A stretch of 64,000 bases of DNA from an uncultured Bacillota bacterium (GTDB lineage Bacteria; Sysuimicrobiota; Sysuimicrobiia; Sysuimicrobiales; Segetimicrobiaceae), in assembly GCA_963804645.1 (NCBI GenBank), contig CAWDRG010000006.1, positions 60,540 through 124,539 on the forward strand, given 5' to 3'. The notes under the pieces are model-generated. The model saw only the letters and a program-made list of their open reading frames with translations. It was not told the origin of the DNA and searched no databases. Positions within the stretch are counted from its first letter, which is position 1. Every line of letters starts with the position of its first letter. Below are positions 9,334-19,855 of the stretch, piece after piece. The translations under genes were made by a program, and so were the position numbers.

Positions 9334-10247
9334 AGCGCGTCGTCAGCGTCAGCCTGGGCAGCAGCACGCGCGACAAGCGCGTCGAGACGGAGATCCTCGG
9401 GGAGCCGTTCGTGATCGAGCGGATCGGCACCGACGGGGACATGGGCCGGTTCCGCGACCTCGTCGAGGAGCTGGACGGGCACGTCGACGCGATCGGGATG
9501 GGCGGCATCGACCTGTATCTGCGGGCCGGAAACCGCCGCTATCAGATCCGGGATGCCGCGCGCCTGGTCGCGGGCGTCCACCGGACCCCGGTCGTGGACG
9601 GCGGCGGGATCAAGGGGTCGTGGGAGAAGTACCTGATCGAGACCTACCTGCCCCGGGAGGCCGGCGTATCGTTCCGGGGGCGCAAGGTGCTGCTGGTCAG
9701 CAGCGTGGACCGGTACGGCATGGCCGAGGCGTTCACGCAGGCCGGCGCCGAGACGGTGTTCGGGGACTTCTACTTCGCGCTCGGGCTCCCGATCCCGATG
9801 CGCCGGCTCGGGACCGTGCGCCTGCTCGCCGCGTGCATGCTGCCGGTGCTGACCAAGCTGCCGTTCCAGATGCTGTATCCGACCGGCTCGAAGCAGGAGC
9901 GCACCACCCCGAAGTACACGCACCTGTTCCGGTGGGCGGACGTGATCGCCGGGGACTTTCACTTTATCCGGCGCTACATGCCGGACGACCTGCGGGGGAA
10001 GACGATCTTCACGCAGACGATCACGGAGGAGGACCGCAACGCGCTCGCGCGGCGCGGCGCGGCCATGCTGATCACCGCCGCGCCCGACATGGACGGCCGC
10101 TCGTTCGCGACGAACGTGCTCGAGGGGATCGTGGTGGCGCTCTCGGGGCGGACGAGCGACACGCTCACCCCGGACGAGATCGTCCAGTGGCTGCTGCGCG
10201 CGGGGTTCCGGCCGCGCGTGGAGCGCCTCGCGGAGCCGGCCTCGTGA
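9330..10247 (+). CDS. conserved protein of the family often annotated quinate 5-dehydrogenase (function uncertain)
   Basis: MKRVVSVSLGSSTRD..ERIGTDGD..GRSFATNVLE; start overlaps coaX stop. Confidence 0.7.
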   Translation: MKRVVSVSLGSSTRDKRVETEILGEPFVIERIGTDGDMGRFRDLVEELDGHVDAIGMGGIDLYLRAGNRRYQIRDAARLVAGVHRTPVVDGGGIKGSWEKYLIETYLPREAGVSFRGRKVLLVSSVDRYGMAEAFTQAGAETVFGDFYFALGLPIPMRRLGTVRLLAACMLPVLTKLPFQMLYPTGSKQERTTPKYTHLFRWADVIAGDFHFIRRYMPDDLRGKTIFTQTITEEDRNALARRGAAMLITAAPDMDGRSFATNVLEGIVVALSGRTSDTLTPDEIVQWLLRAGFRPRVERLAEPAS

Positions 10248-11380
10248 GCGACGCGATCGGGCGGTTCGCGATCATCATCCACCCGCAGTCCGTCAGCGAC
10301 TACACCAAGAAGTTTCCGTTCACGCGGCTCCTGCCGGCCGCGTTCGTCGAGCGCGCGTTCACGATGGTCCCGCCGTTCGAGGCGTCGCACATCACCGGCA
10401 TCGTGTCGGCGACCGGCGCCCGAGCCGAGGGGTGGTTCGTCGGACTGCCGTGGACGCCGCGCGTGTTGCTGGCGATGCCGCCCCAGGCGACGACCCGCCG
10501 CCTCGTGCAGGCCGGGCGGATCGCGGAGCGCCTCGGCGCGGGGATCGTCGGGTTGGCCGCGTTCACCAAGGTCGTGGGCGACCGGGGCGTCTCGGTCGCG
10601 CGGGAGCTCACGATCGGCGTGACCACGGGCAACAGCCTGACGGCGGCCACCGCGGTTGAGGGCGCCGCGCTCGCGGCGTCCCGGATGGGCGTGCCGATCG
10701 GCGCCGCACGGGTCGCCGTGGTCGGCGCCACGGGCTCGATCGGCGCCGCGTGCAGCCAGATGCTCGCGCGGCAGGCCGGCGAACTCGTCCTGGTGGCGCG
10801 GAACCGCGAGCGCCTGGAGCGGCTCGCCGAGCGGCTCCGCGCCACCGCGGTCGGGCCCGTCTCGGTCACCTCCGACCTGCGCGCGGCGGTGAGGTCGGCC
10901 GACGTCGTGATCACCGTTAGCTCGGCGATCGACGTGCTGATCGAGCCGGAGGATCTGCGGCCCGGCACCGTCGTGTGCGACGTCGCGCGTCCGCGCAACG
11001 TCTCGCGCCTCGTCTACGAGCGGCGCCGGGACGTGCTCGTGATCGACGGCGGCGTGATCGACGTGCCGGGCCCCGTCCAGTTCGGCTTGGACTTCGGGTT
11101 TCCGCCGGGGTCGTGCGAGGCGTGCATGGCCGAGACGATCCTGCTCGCGCTCGAGCACCGCTACGACGACTACACGGTCGGCGCGGACGTCGACCTCGCG
11201 AAAGTCGAGGAGATCCACGGGCTGATGCGCACGCACGGGTTTCGCCTCTCGGGGTTGCGCCGGTTCGAGCGGCGCATCTCCGACGACGAGGTCGAGGAGA
11301 TTCGGCGCGCGGCGCGCGGCGCGCCGGCGCCGCCCGCGCGCGCCGCCGCGGTGCCACAGGAGTTTCGGAACCCGGGATAG
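10244..11380 (+). CDS. NAD(P)-dependent reductase, acyl-ACP-reductase/shikimate-DH-like
   Basis: FAIIIHP, TTGNSLTA, VAVVGATGSIG, DVARPRNV, ACMAETILLALE. Confidence 0.75.
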   Translation: MSDAIGRFAIIIHPQSVSDYTKKFPFTRLLPAAFVERAFTMVPPFEASHITGIVSATGARAEGWFVGLPWTPRVLLAMPPQATTRRLVQAGRIAERLGAGIVGLAAFTKVVGDRGVSVARELTIGVTTGNSLTAATAVEGAALAASRMGVPIGAARVAVVGATGSIGAACSQMLARQAGELVLVARNRERLERLAERLRATAVGPVSVTSDLRAAVRSADVVITVSSAIDVLIEPEDLRPGTVVCDVARPRNVSRLVYERRRDVLVIDGGVIDVPGPVQFGLDFGFPPGSCEACMAETILLALEHRYDDYTVGADVDLAKVEEIHGLMRTHGFRLSGLRRFERRISDDEVEEIRRAARGAPAPPARAAAVPQEFRNPG

Positions 11381-11522
11381 CTGATCCACCGGGTCGCCCA
11401 TAAAGAGGCCGATAAGGCGGCCGCTGCCAGCATCGTGGCAGGGGCCTCTATTTTCGCATTCGAACGGAGTACTTGCATTCACGAGTATCTTATGCTACTA
11501 ATTACCATAGGATGAGGCGTCG

Positions 11523-11912
11523 ATGACAAAACCGACCCCGAAGTTGCGCGTGGACTTCACGGCGCCGCGCGGCCCGGTGGCGGCGCGGCTGCGGCAGCAG
11601 CAGCATGAGCTGTTGCGACGGTTTCGGTTGCCGGCGGAGTTGCTGGAGCAGTTGCCGGGATCGTTGTCGTTGACTCATTTGCGGTGTGGGAAACCGACGT
11701 GCCACTGTGCGCGCGGTGAAGGACATCCGGCGTGGCATCTGACGTACACCGTCGGGGGGCGGAAACAGGTGCTGCACATTCCGACCGCGCTGGCGGAGGA
11801 GATCGGGCACCGGGTGGAGGCGGGGCATGCGGTGCAGGATGCGGTCCGCGACGTGCTGGCCGCTAACGCGCAGTTGTTGAAGTTGGCGCGTCAGCAGCAG
11901 CGGCGGCGATGA
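11523..11912 (+). CDS. DUF6788-like IS accessory protein
   Basis: GSL...RCGKPTCHCARGEGH motif. Confidence 0.8.
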   Translation: MTKPTPKLRVDFTAPRGPVAARLRQQQHELLRRFRLPAELLEQLPGSLSLTHLRCGKPTCHCARGEGHPAWHLTYTVGGRKQVLHIPTALAEEIGHRVEAGHAVQDAVRDVLAANAQLLKLARQQQRRR

Positions 11913-13108
11913 GAGGGCCGACCCCGCGGCGTCTGTGGAAGTACGTCGTGCAGCGCTTACGCTTGGCCACCTACTTCGCGGCGCCTGGGGATGAGCGGCC
12001 CGCGCCGCAAATTCCGGCGCGGGCGATCTTGTGGGGGCTGGTGATCGGGCACATTCTGCGGGAAGACGCGTTTGCGGGGGTGGATGCCCTGGTCCGGGGC
12101 GCGGCCCGGGCGCTGGGCGTGGGCCGGCGGTTCAGTCACGATACGCTGGCATATGTGACCGCGCGGTTGGATCCGGGGCCGACGCGCGCGGCGTTGAGCG
12201 CGGTGGCACGCCGCGCGAAGCGGAATAAAGCCTTGGTGGGCAGTGGGTGGATTGGCCTCGCGGTGGATGGCACCGCGACCACCTGTCTCAGCAAGCCGGG
12301 GACCGACTGTCCGTACTGTCGACCGTTGCGCAAAGAGGATGGCACCCTGCTAGGGTATCGGCATGAGATGGCCGTGCTGAGCATCGTGAATGCGGGCGTG
12401 ACGTTGCCGTGTGACCTGGAGCTCTACGGGCCGGGCGACAGTGAGTCGGCGGCGGGGCAGCGCGTGCTGCGGCGCGGGGTGGCGGCGTTGGGGCCGCGGT
12501 TCGCCGACTATGTCGTGGGCGACAGCAAATTCGCGACGGCACCCTTCCTGCATACGGCGGGGGACGTCGGCCTGCGGGTGGTGGCGCGCTTAAAGGACAA
12601 TCTCCCGGAGCTCCATGCCGCGGCGCAGGCGCGGTTTGTGGGCCGCATGCCGACCGCGACGTTCACAGACGGTCGCGATCAGCTGGAGGTGTGGGATGCG
12701 AGCGATTTCGATCCGTGGGTGGGGCTGCGGTGGAAGACGGTACGCGTCCTGAAGTATCGGCAGACCAAGCCGAACGGCAAGATCATCGAAGCGTTCTGGT
12801 TGACCGATTGGCCGGTGAGTCTGGTGTCCAGTCACGCCTTGTACCGCATGGCCAAGAGCCGGTGGGAGATCGAGAATCAGATCTTCAATGTGGCGAAAAC
12901 GTACCACGGATTGGAGCACGTCTGCCACCATCAAGGCACGAGCCTTGTGGCGAGTTGGCTCATTACGCTGCTGGCGATCGCCATCGAAACGCTCTACCGT
13001 CTCCGCTTCTTGCATCGCGGCTCGCATCCCGTGCTCGCGGCGATCGACCTCTGCCGGCGCCTGCGGATGCAGCTCGCGTGCCGTCCCGCTAGCGCGGCCC
13101 CCGGCTAA
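11909..13108 (+). CDS. DDE transposase (IS4-like superfamily)
   Basis: LAVDGT, VVGDSKF, SRWEIENQIFN..K catalytic motifs. Confidence 0.85.
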   Translation: MRGPTPRRLWKYVVQRLRLATYFAAPGDERPAPQIPARAILWGLVIGHILREDAFAGVDALVRGAARALGVGRRFSHDTLAYVTARLDPGPTRAALSAVARRAKRNKALVGSGWIGLAVDGTATTCLSKPGTDCPYCRPLRKEDGTLLGYRHEMAVLSIVNAGVTLPCDLELYGPGDSESAAGQRVLRRGVAALGPRFADYVVGDSKFATAPFLHTAGDVGLRVVARLKDNLPELHAAAQARFVGRMPTATFTDGRDQLEVWDASDFDPWVGLRWKTVRVLKYRQTKPNGKIIEAFWLTDWPVSLVSSHALYRMAKSRWEIENQIFNVAKTYHGLEHVCHHQGTSLVASWLITLLAIAIETLYRLRFLHRGSHPVLAAIDLCRRLRMQLACRPASAAPG

Positions 13109-13314
13109 CCCCCAGGCAGCGTGTCGAGGACGCGACCTCTGGCTTGCGGCCTCTCGAAGCCGCCGGCCTCGTCTCCCTCCACCCCCCAACAGCCCTTGCG
13201 TCGATGCCGGTCGGATTGATTCGGGACGCAAACACGCGCTCGGGCCTCTATTTTCGCCTCTCTTGCGTCCCCCCCAACGCAGGTTGCGAAATTGCTGGCG
13301 GTGCCAGAGCGCCT

Positions 13315-13343
13315 TTGACAACCGTGGACCTCTCTTGTATACT
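13315..13343 (+). promoter_or_regulatory. sigma70 promoter of greA
   Basis: TTGACA-17-TATACT. Confidence 0.8.
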
Positions 13344-13430
13344 ACCTGAGAGTTCGAGGCTGAGGGCGGCTCCTCAGTCTCGTCTCCTGTTTCTATCGAC
13401 ATTTTCAATCCCCCAGGTGAGTTGACCGGT

Positions 13431-13904
13431 ATGGACGAGAAGGAAACGTTCCTGACGCCCGAAGGCCTGCGCAAGCTCGAAGAGGAACTGGACCACCTCA
13501 AGGCGGTCAAGCGGAAGGAAGTCGCCGAGCGCATCAAGCAGGCGAAAGACTTCGGCGACCTGTCGGAGAACTCGGAGTACGAGGATGCCAAGAATGAGCA
13601 GGCGTTTGTCGAGGGGCGGATTCTGACCCTCGAGGCGATGCTGCGCAGCGTGCGGGTGATCGACAACCACGACGCCCGCTCGGACGTCGTGACGATCGGC
13701 AGCACGGTCCGGGTGACCGACGAGACCGGCGAGGATGTCACCTACACGATCGTCGGGTCGGCCGAGGCGGACCCGGTCAACGACAAGATCAGCAACGAGT
13801 CTCCGGTCGGCCGGGCGCTGCTCGGCAAACGGAAGGGACAGGCCGTCACCGTGCAGGTGCCGGCGGGCACCATCCGGTACACCGTCAAGGCGATTAAGCG
13901 GTAG
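13431..13904 (+). CDS. greA: transcription elongation factor GreA
   Basis: [26 protein letters not shown]. Confidence 0.97.
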   Translation: MDEKETFLTPEGLRKLEEELDHLKAVKRKEVAERIKQAKDFGDLSENSEYEDAKNEQAFVEGRILTLEAMLRSVRVIDNHDARSDVVTIGSTVRVTDETGEDVTYTIVGSAEADPVNDKISNESPVGRALLGKRKGQAVTVQVPAGTIRYTVKAIKR

Positions 13905-14398
13905 CCGCCCGCCGCGGCGGGGTCCCCGCCGCCGGCCCCCCCGCGCCGCCCGGTGAGACGACCCGGCGCCCCGGACGTTTCCTTTTATAGTACCGCTTAT
14001 AGTACCGCTGCACGCACCTCGTGACCGTCCCGTTGACGCACCCCGCCGCGCATGCCGCGGCATCCACACCCCAGGGGCCGCCCAGCCCGAGGCGCGGGCG
14101 TGTGCGCGGCGGCGCCGCGTTCGGAGGCCGGGTTCCGCCCGGCAACGGCAGGAGTCTTGGGACCCGCGAAGAAAGAGCGTGGGGCGGTCATCGTGGGGTG
14201 CCGCGGGAATGTGCCGCGGACGCTGAGCGTAACTCTAGTCGGGAACATGTTTCTCTGCCGGGCTCCGAGAGCCGGAACGAAGGGCTCCGGGCGAGCGAAC
14301 GCGATCACAGCAGGATTCGTACCAACAGGTAGCGGCTGCAGATGCGGTAGCTGGGTTCGTGGCGCAGGTGCCCTGGCAGAGAGGAGGTTACTCTCGAG

Positions 14399-16858
14399 AT
14401 GTTTGAACGATTCACCGAACGTGCCCGCCGCGTGATCATCCTCGCCCAAGAGGAGGCGAAGCGACTCAACCACAGCGCGGTGGGGACCGAGCACATCCTC
14501 CTCGGGATCATTCGCGAAGGCGAAGGGGTCGCCAGCAAGGTGCTGGAGTCTTTGAACATCAACCCCGAGCGCGTCCGGGCGGAGATCGAGAGTGCGATCG
14601 GCCGCGGGGAACGGACGCCGTACGAGGAAGTGGCGTTCACGCCTCGGGCGAAGAAGGTGCTGGAACTCGCGCTGGATGAGGCGCGGCGGCTTGGGCACAA
14701 CTACATCGGCACCGAGCACCTCCTGCTCGGCCTGATCCGCGAGGGGGAGGGGGTCGCCGCCCGCGTGCTGGAAGCGATGGGCGCGGATCTCGAGCGCGTC
14801 CGCTCGCAGGTCGTGTACCTGCTCGGCGAAGAGGGGACGACGTCCTACACCAAGCAGGCGAGCAAGACCCCCACGCTCGACGAGTTCGGGCGCGACCTGA
14901 CGAAGCACGCGCGCGACGGCAAGCTCGACCCCGTGATCGGGCGCGACCGTGAGATCGAGCGCGTGATCCAGGTGCTTTCCCGCCGCACCAAGAACAACCC
15001 GGCCCTGATCGGGGAGCCGGGCGTCGGCAAGACCGCGATCACCGAGGGCCTCGCGCAGCGGATCGTCCGCGGCGACGTCCCCGAGGTGCTGCGGTCGAAG
15101 CGCGTGGTGCAGCTGGATCTGGCCGCGCTGGTCGCCGGCACGAAGTACCGCGGCGAGTTCGAAGAGCGCATGAAGAAAGTGATGGAGGAGATCCGCAAGG
15201 CGCAGGGCGAGGTCATCCTCTTCGTCGATGAGCTGCACACGCTCGTCGGCGCCGGCGCGGCGGAGGGCGCGATCGACGCGAGCAACATCCTCAAGCCGTC
15301 GCTGTCCCGCGGCGAGCTGCAGTGCATCGGCGCGACCACGCTCGACGAGTACCGGAAGTATGTGGAGCGGGACGCCGCGCTCGAGCGGCGGTTTGCCCCG
15401 ATCCTCGTCGCGGAGCCGACGGTGGAGCAGAGCATCGAGATTCTGCGCGGGCTCCGGGAGCGGTACGAGGCGCACCACGGCGTCAAGATCAGCGACGAGG
15501 CGCTCGTCGCGGCGGCGACGCTGGCCGACAAGTACATCTCGGACCGGTTCCTGCCGGACAAGGCGATCGACCTGATGGACGAGGCGTCGAGCAAGATCCG
15601 GCTGCAGGCGAGCTTCCTGCCGCAGGAAGTGCGTCAGGCGCTCGAAAAGGCCGACCGCGTCCGCCGCGAAAAGGAAGAGGCGATCAAGGGCCAGGACTTC
15701 GAGAAGGCCGCCAACCTCCGCGACAAGGAGAAGGTGCTGCGGCAGAAGCTCGAGGAGCTGGAGAGCTCCTGGAAGACGGACAAGGGACGCGACATCACGA
15801 CCGTCACGGCCGACGACATCGCCGACATCGTGTCGAGCTGGACCGGCATTCCGGTGATGCGCCTCGTCGAGGAAGAGACCGAGAAGCTCCTCCGCATGGA
15901 AGATTCGCTCCACGGGCGGATCGTCGGGCAGGAGGAGGCGGTGCGGGCGGTGTCCCGCGCGGTGCGCCGGGCGCGGGCCGGGCTCAAAGACGCGCGCCGT
16001 CCGATCGGGTCGTTCATCTTCCTCGGACCGACGGGCGTCGGGAAGACGGAGCTGACGCTCGCGCTCGCGGAGTTCCTGTTCGGGGACGAGGGCGCGGTGA
16101 TCCGGATCGACATGTCGGAGTACACCGAGCGGCACACGGTGTCGCGGCTCGTCGGCGCGCCCCCGGGGTACGTCGGGTACGAGGAGGGCGGCCAGCTCAC
16201 CGAGCAGGTCCGCCGCCGTCCGTATTCGGTGGTGCTGCTGGACGAGATCGAGAAGGCGCACCCGGAGATCTTCAACGTGCTCCTCCAGATCCTGGAGGAC
16301 GGCCGGCTCACGGACGCCCAGGGCCGGACCGTCGACTTCAAGAACTGTGTCGTGATCATGACCAGCAACGTCGGCGCGCCGCAGATCCAGCGGGACAGCG
16401 GGTTCGGGTTCCGCGGCCCTGACAACGAGGCGGCCGAGGCGCAGCGGACGTACGACCGGATGAAGTCGCACGTGATGGACGAGCTGCGCCGGACGTTCCG
16501 GCCGGAGTTCCTGAACCGCGTGGACGAGATCATCGTGTTCCGGTCGCTCACGCGCGAGCAGATCTCCGCGATCGTCGACATTCTGATGGAGCGGGTGCGC
16601 CGCGAGATCCGCGGGCAGGGCATGGGGCTCGTGCTGACCCAGGCCGCGCGCGACCTGCTCGCGGTCGAAGGCTTCGATCCGCAGTACGGGGCACGCCCCC
16701 TGCGGCGCGCGATCCAACGGCTCGTCGAGGATCCGCTGTCGGACGACATGCTGCGCGGGAAGTTCAGTGCCGGCGACGAGATCATCCTGGACGCGCGCGA
16801 CGGACGCGTGGTGTTCGAGAAGAAGCGGGAGCCCGTGCCCGCCGATACGGTGTCGTAG
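14399..16858 (+). CDS. clpC: ATP-dependent Clp protease ATPase subunit ClpC
   Basis: [12 protein letters not shown]; two Walker A motifs ([16 protein letters not shown]); UVR-like middle domain. Confidence 0.97.
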   Translation: MFERFTERARRVIILAQEEAKRLNHSAVGTEHILLGIIREGEGVASKVLESLNINPERVRAEIESAIGRGERTPYEEVAFTPRAKKVLELALDEARRLGHNYIGTEHLLLGLIREGEGVAARVLEAMGADLERVRSQVVYLLGEEGTTSYTKQASKTPTLDEFGRDLTKHARDGKLDPVIGRDREIERVIQVLSRRTKNNPALIGEPGVGKTAITEGLAQRIVRGDVPEVLRSKRVVQLDLAALVAGTKYRGEFEERMKKVMEEIRKAQGEVILFVDELHTLVGAGAAEGAIDASNILKPSLSRGELQCIGATTLDEYRKYVERDAALERRFAPILVAEPTVEQSIEILRGLRERYEAHHGVKISDEALVAAATLADKYISDRFLPDKAIDLMDEASSKIRLQASFLPQEVRQALEKADRVRREKEEAIKGQDFEKAANLRDKEKVLRQKLEELESSWKTDKGRDITTVTADDIADIVSSWTGIPVMRLVEEETEKLLRMEDSLHGRIVGQEEAVRAVSRAVRRARAGLKDARRPIGSFIFLGPTGVGKTELTLALAEFLFGDEGAVIRIDMSEYTERHTVSRLVGAPPGYVGYEEGGQLTEQVRRRPYSVVLLDEIEKAHPEIFNVLLQILEDGRLTDAQGRTVDFKNCVVIMTSNVGAPQIQRDSGFGFRGPDNEAAEAQRTYDRMKSHVMDELRRTFRPEFLNRVDEIIVFRSLTREQISAIVDILMERVRREIRGQGMGLVLTQAARDLLAVEGFDPQYGARPLRRAIQRLVEDPLSDDMLRGKFSAGDEIILDARDGRVVFEKKREPVPADTVS

Positions 16859-16949
16859 CGAGACGGACGCACGCAGCAGCGTGGCGACGGCCCGGGCGAT
16901 CCGCCCGGGCCGTCGCCCGTACTCGGGACGGACGCGGAGGGAGCGCGCA

Positions 16950-18347
16950 GTGGCGAAGACCGGAAGCGAGGCGGGATCGCGGCGGGTCGTCTACGTGTGC
17001 CAGGCGTGCGGGTACGAGTCGTCCAAGTGGCTCGGCCGCTGTCCAAACTGTGCGGGATGGAACACGCTCGTGGAAGAGGTCCTCGCCGGCGCCCCTCGGG
17101 GCGGCGGCGCCCGGGCGCGCCCCGCGGCCGCCGGGCGGACGGCGCCGGCGACCCCGATTACCGAGGTCGCGCTCGGGGACGAGCCGCGCGTGCCGGTGGA
17201 GATCGGCGAGGTGGACCGCGTGCTCGGGGGCGGGCTCGTGCCCGGCTCGCTGGTGCTGATCGGCGGCGATCCCGGCGTCGGGAAGTCCACGCTCGCGCTG
17301 GCGATCGCCCACCGGATCGCCGAGTCGCGTACCGTGCTGTACATCTCGGGCGAGGAGTCGGCGCGTCAGACGAAGATGCGGGCGGCGCGCCTCGGGGTCG
17401 ACGCGCCGCGCCTGCTGGTGCTCGCCGAGACCGATCTCGCGCAGATGATCGCCCAGATCGACGCGGCGCAGCCCGCGCTCGTCGTGGTCGATTCGATCCA
17501 GACGATGTACCGCCCGGACCTGCCCGGTGCGCCCGGCAGCGTCGGGCAGATCCGGGAGTGCACCGGCGACCTGCTGCGCGTCGCGAAGGCCGAGGGCGGT
17601 CCGGCGATCCTGATCGTCGGGCACGTCACCAAGGACGGAGCGATCGCGGGGCCGCGCGTGCTGGAGCACATGGTGGACACGGTGCTGTACTTCGAGGGGG
17701 AGCGGCACCACGCGTACCGCGTGCTGCGCGCGACGAAGAACCGGTTCGGCTCGACGAACGAGATCGGCGTGTTCTCGATGGGCGGGCGCGGCCTCGTGCC
17801 CGTCCCGGATCCGTCGGCGCTGTTTCTGGCCGAGCGGCCGGCGGACGCCTCGGGCTCCGCGGTCGTGTGTGCGATCGAGGGCACCCGGCCGATCTTGCTC
17901 GAGGTGCAGGCGCTCGTCACGCGCACGCCGTTCGGGATGCCGCGCCGCACCGCCTCGGGCGTGGACTACAACCGCGTGCTGCTGCTGCTCGCGGTGCTCG
18001 AGAAGCGCGCCGGGCTCCACCTCGGCGCGTGCGACGTGTACGTCAGCGTGGCCGGAGGCGTGCGGGCCGACGAGCCCGCGGTCGACCTGGGCGTGGCGTG
18101 CGCCGTCGCCGGCAGCCACCGGGACCGTCCCGTCGATGCGCAGACCGCGGTCGTCGGAGAGGTCGGGCTCGGCGGCGAGGTGCGCGCGGTGAGCCAGATC
18201 GGGCGGCGCGTCGCCGAGGCGGCGAAGCTCGGGTTCCGGCGGGTCGTGGTGCCGCGGGCGAATCTCGGGGGGCTGGACGAGACGTCCGGGATCGAGCTGG
18301 TGGGCGTGGAGCGCATCGGCGAGGCCCTCGACCTGCTCCTCGCCTGA
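16950..18347 (+). CDS. radA: DNA repair protein RadA/Sms
   Basis: CQACG..WLGRCPNC zinc finger, GDPGVGKST, KNRFG. Confidence 0.97.
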   Translation: MAKTGSEAGSRRVVYVCQACGYESSKWLGRCPNCAGWNTLVEEVLAGAPRGGGARARPAAAGRTAPATPITEVALGDEPRVPVEIGEVDRVLGGGLVPGSLVLIGGDPGVGKSTLALAIAHRIAESRTVLYISGEESARQTKMRAARLGVDAPRLLVLAETDLAQMIAQIDAAQPALVVVDSIQTMYRPDLPGAPGSVGQIRECTGDLLRVAKAEGGPAILIVGHVTKDGAIAGPRVLEHMVDTVLYFEGERHHAYRVLRATKNRFGSTNEIGVFSMGGRGLVPVPDPSALFLAERPADASGSAVVCAIEGTRPILLEVQALVTRTPFGMPRRTASGVDYNRVLLLLAVLEKRAGLHLGACDVYVSVAGGVRADEPAVDLGVACAVAGSHRDRPVDAQTAVVGEVGLGGEVRAVSQIGRRVAEAAKLGFRRVVVPRANLGGLDETSGIELVGVERIGEALDLLLA

Positions 18348-18363
18348 GCCGGGCGGCCGAACG

Positions 18364-18756
18364 CTACTTCAGGTTGAAGATGCCGAGGCTCTTGATCCGG
18401 CTGTGCTCCTTCTTTTGGATCGTGTCGAGATCGAGGTTGAGGACGCTGCACAGCGCGGCGGTGTAGAACAGCGCGGAGCCGATCTCGGTCTCGACCGCCT
18501 CGCGGCAGCGCTCGCACAGGGTCCCCCCGACATGGTTGTCGAGATGGGCGCGGATCTCGGCGAGGCTGATCTCGGTCGGAAACTGCTGCTTCGCGGCGGT
18601 CACCGTGACGCAGCCGCAGCTGGTGACGGCCTTGCTGAAGGCGCGGTTGGTGCGGGCGGTGGCTTCCTGCAACTTGCTGAGGACGTCGAGGACGCTGCGG
18701 TGGCGGATCAGATACTCATCGACTTGGTCCTGAAAGCGCGCCCTGGTCTCTTTCAT
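18364..18756 (-). CDS. conserved hypothetical protein of the radA neighbourhood
   Basis: LIRHRSVLDVLSKLQE..KAVTSCGC..LCERCRE; has its own promoter. Confidence 0.75.
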   Translation of the reverse strand: MKETRARFQDQVDEYLIRHRSVLDVLSKLQEATARTNRAFSKAVTSCGCVTVTAAKQQFPTEISLAEIRAHLDNHVGGTLCERCREAVETEIGSALFYTAALCSVLNLDLDTIQKKEHSRIKSLGIFNLK

Positions 18757-18787
18757 CGGTCACGTCCCTTCTCGGATGAACGGCCCC

Positions 18788-18817
18788 ATTATAGAAATGC
18801 CGCCGCATCAGTGTCAA
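18788..18817 (-). promoter_or_regulatory. sigma70 promoter
   Basis: TTGACA-18-TATAAT on the minus strand. Confidence 0.75.
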
Positions 18818-18943
18818 GGTGAGGATCGACGCCTTCCGGCGCGCGCGCGCGTGCGGTATGCTGAGGGCAGGCGTAGGCCGGCGCGGCGTCACGCCCCGCG
18901 CGACTCGGCGGGGCGGCGCGTTCGGCCGTGGAGGTGATCGCTC

Positions 18944-19690
18944 GTGAGCCAGCAGGAAGAGGGCCGCGCTCGTTCGGAGACGGCGGTGCTGCCGGCATTT
19001 CGCGGAGATCCCGACGATCTCGCGGCACGGATCGAGCACACGCTCCTGCGTCCGGAGAGTACGTTGCAGGACGTCGACGCCGCAGCGCAGCAGGCCCGCG
19101 CGTGGAGGGTGCGCGCGCTCGTGGTGAAGCCGTGTTACGTGGGTGCCGCCGCGGCCCTGCTCCGGGGGACCGAGATTCGTCCCGTGACCGTCATCGGATT
19201 CCCGCACGGCGGACAGACGCCGGAGGTGAAGGCCTACGAGGCCCGCGACGCCGTCGCGCGCGGGGCGGCGGAGGTCGACATGGTCATCAACGTCGGGGCT
19301 CTGCGCGCGGGGCGCGCCGATCTCGTCTCGGACGAGATGCGCGCGGTGGCCGAGGCGGCGGCCGGGCATCCGCTGAAGGTGATCATCGAGACGGCGTACT
19401 TGACCGACGCCGAGAAGGCGCTCGCCGCGGAACTCGCGGCGCGCGCGGGCGCGGCGTACGTCAAGACGAGCACGGGGTTCGCCCCGACGGGCGCCGCGGT
19501 CGCGGACATCGTCCTCATCCGCCGGGTCGTCGGTCGCGCGCTCGGGATCAAGGCGTCGGGCGGGATTCGCACCTACGCCGAGGCCCGGGCCCTGCTCGAG
19601 GCCGGGGCGGATCTCCTCGGGGTGAGCCAGACCGCCGCGATCCTCGCGGGGGCCGCGGGCGACGGCCCGACGGCTCGAGTTCGGGGGTAG
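18944..19690 (+). CDS. deoC: deoxyribose-phosphate aldolase
   Basis: IEHTLL, VIGFPHG, EVDMVINVG, LKVIIET, YVKTSTGF, IKASGGIRT. Confidence 0.95.
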   Translation: MSQQEEGRARSETAVLPAFRGDPDDLAARIEHTLLRPESTLQDVDAAAQQARAWRVRALVVKPCYVGAAAALLRGTEIRPVTVIGFPHGGQTPEVKAYEARDAVARGAAEVDMVINVGALRAGRADLVSDEMRAVAEAAAGHPLKVIIETAYLTDAEKALAAELAARAGAAYVKTSTGFAPTGAAVADIVLIRRVVGRALGIKASGGIRTYAEARALLEAGADLLGVSQTAAILAGAAGDGPTARVRG

Positions 19691-19725
19691 CGCGGTCCCG
19701 GGCGCGGCGTCGATCACGACCCGCG

Positions 19726-19734
19726 TGTTATAAT
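19726..19734 (+). promoter_or_regulatory. extended -10 element upstream of ispDF
   Basis: TGTTATAAT. Confidence 0.55.
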
Positions 19735-19855
19735 TGGGGTCGTGCAGCTCATCCTCGCGGTGGTACTGGCCTCAGATCTCGCAGGATTCCGTTGATATGA
19801 TCGAACGGCGCAAGTGCGTCGGCGGGTCGACGCCGGGGCGGTGGGGGTGCGGGCC

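Larger units (their letters stand above)
11428..13297 (+). mobile_element. two-gene IS (DUF6788-like + DDE transposase), boundaries approximate
   Basis: Weak IRs cagcatcgtggca / tgcgaaattgctg; 16-bp subterminal direct repeat at 11442 and 13242; lower GC than flanks. Confidence 0.7.

Noticed and set aside
13997..16717. 906-aa minus-strand ORF and many similar long overlapping ORFs
   Set aside because: Antisense or alternate-frame shadows of real genes, expected at this GC content.
19781..19806. SigH-type promoters (GCAGGA..GAA) upstream of ispDF and clpC
   Set aside because: Matches to the -10 half are too weak and the spacing too variable to support.
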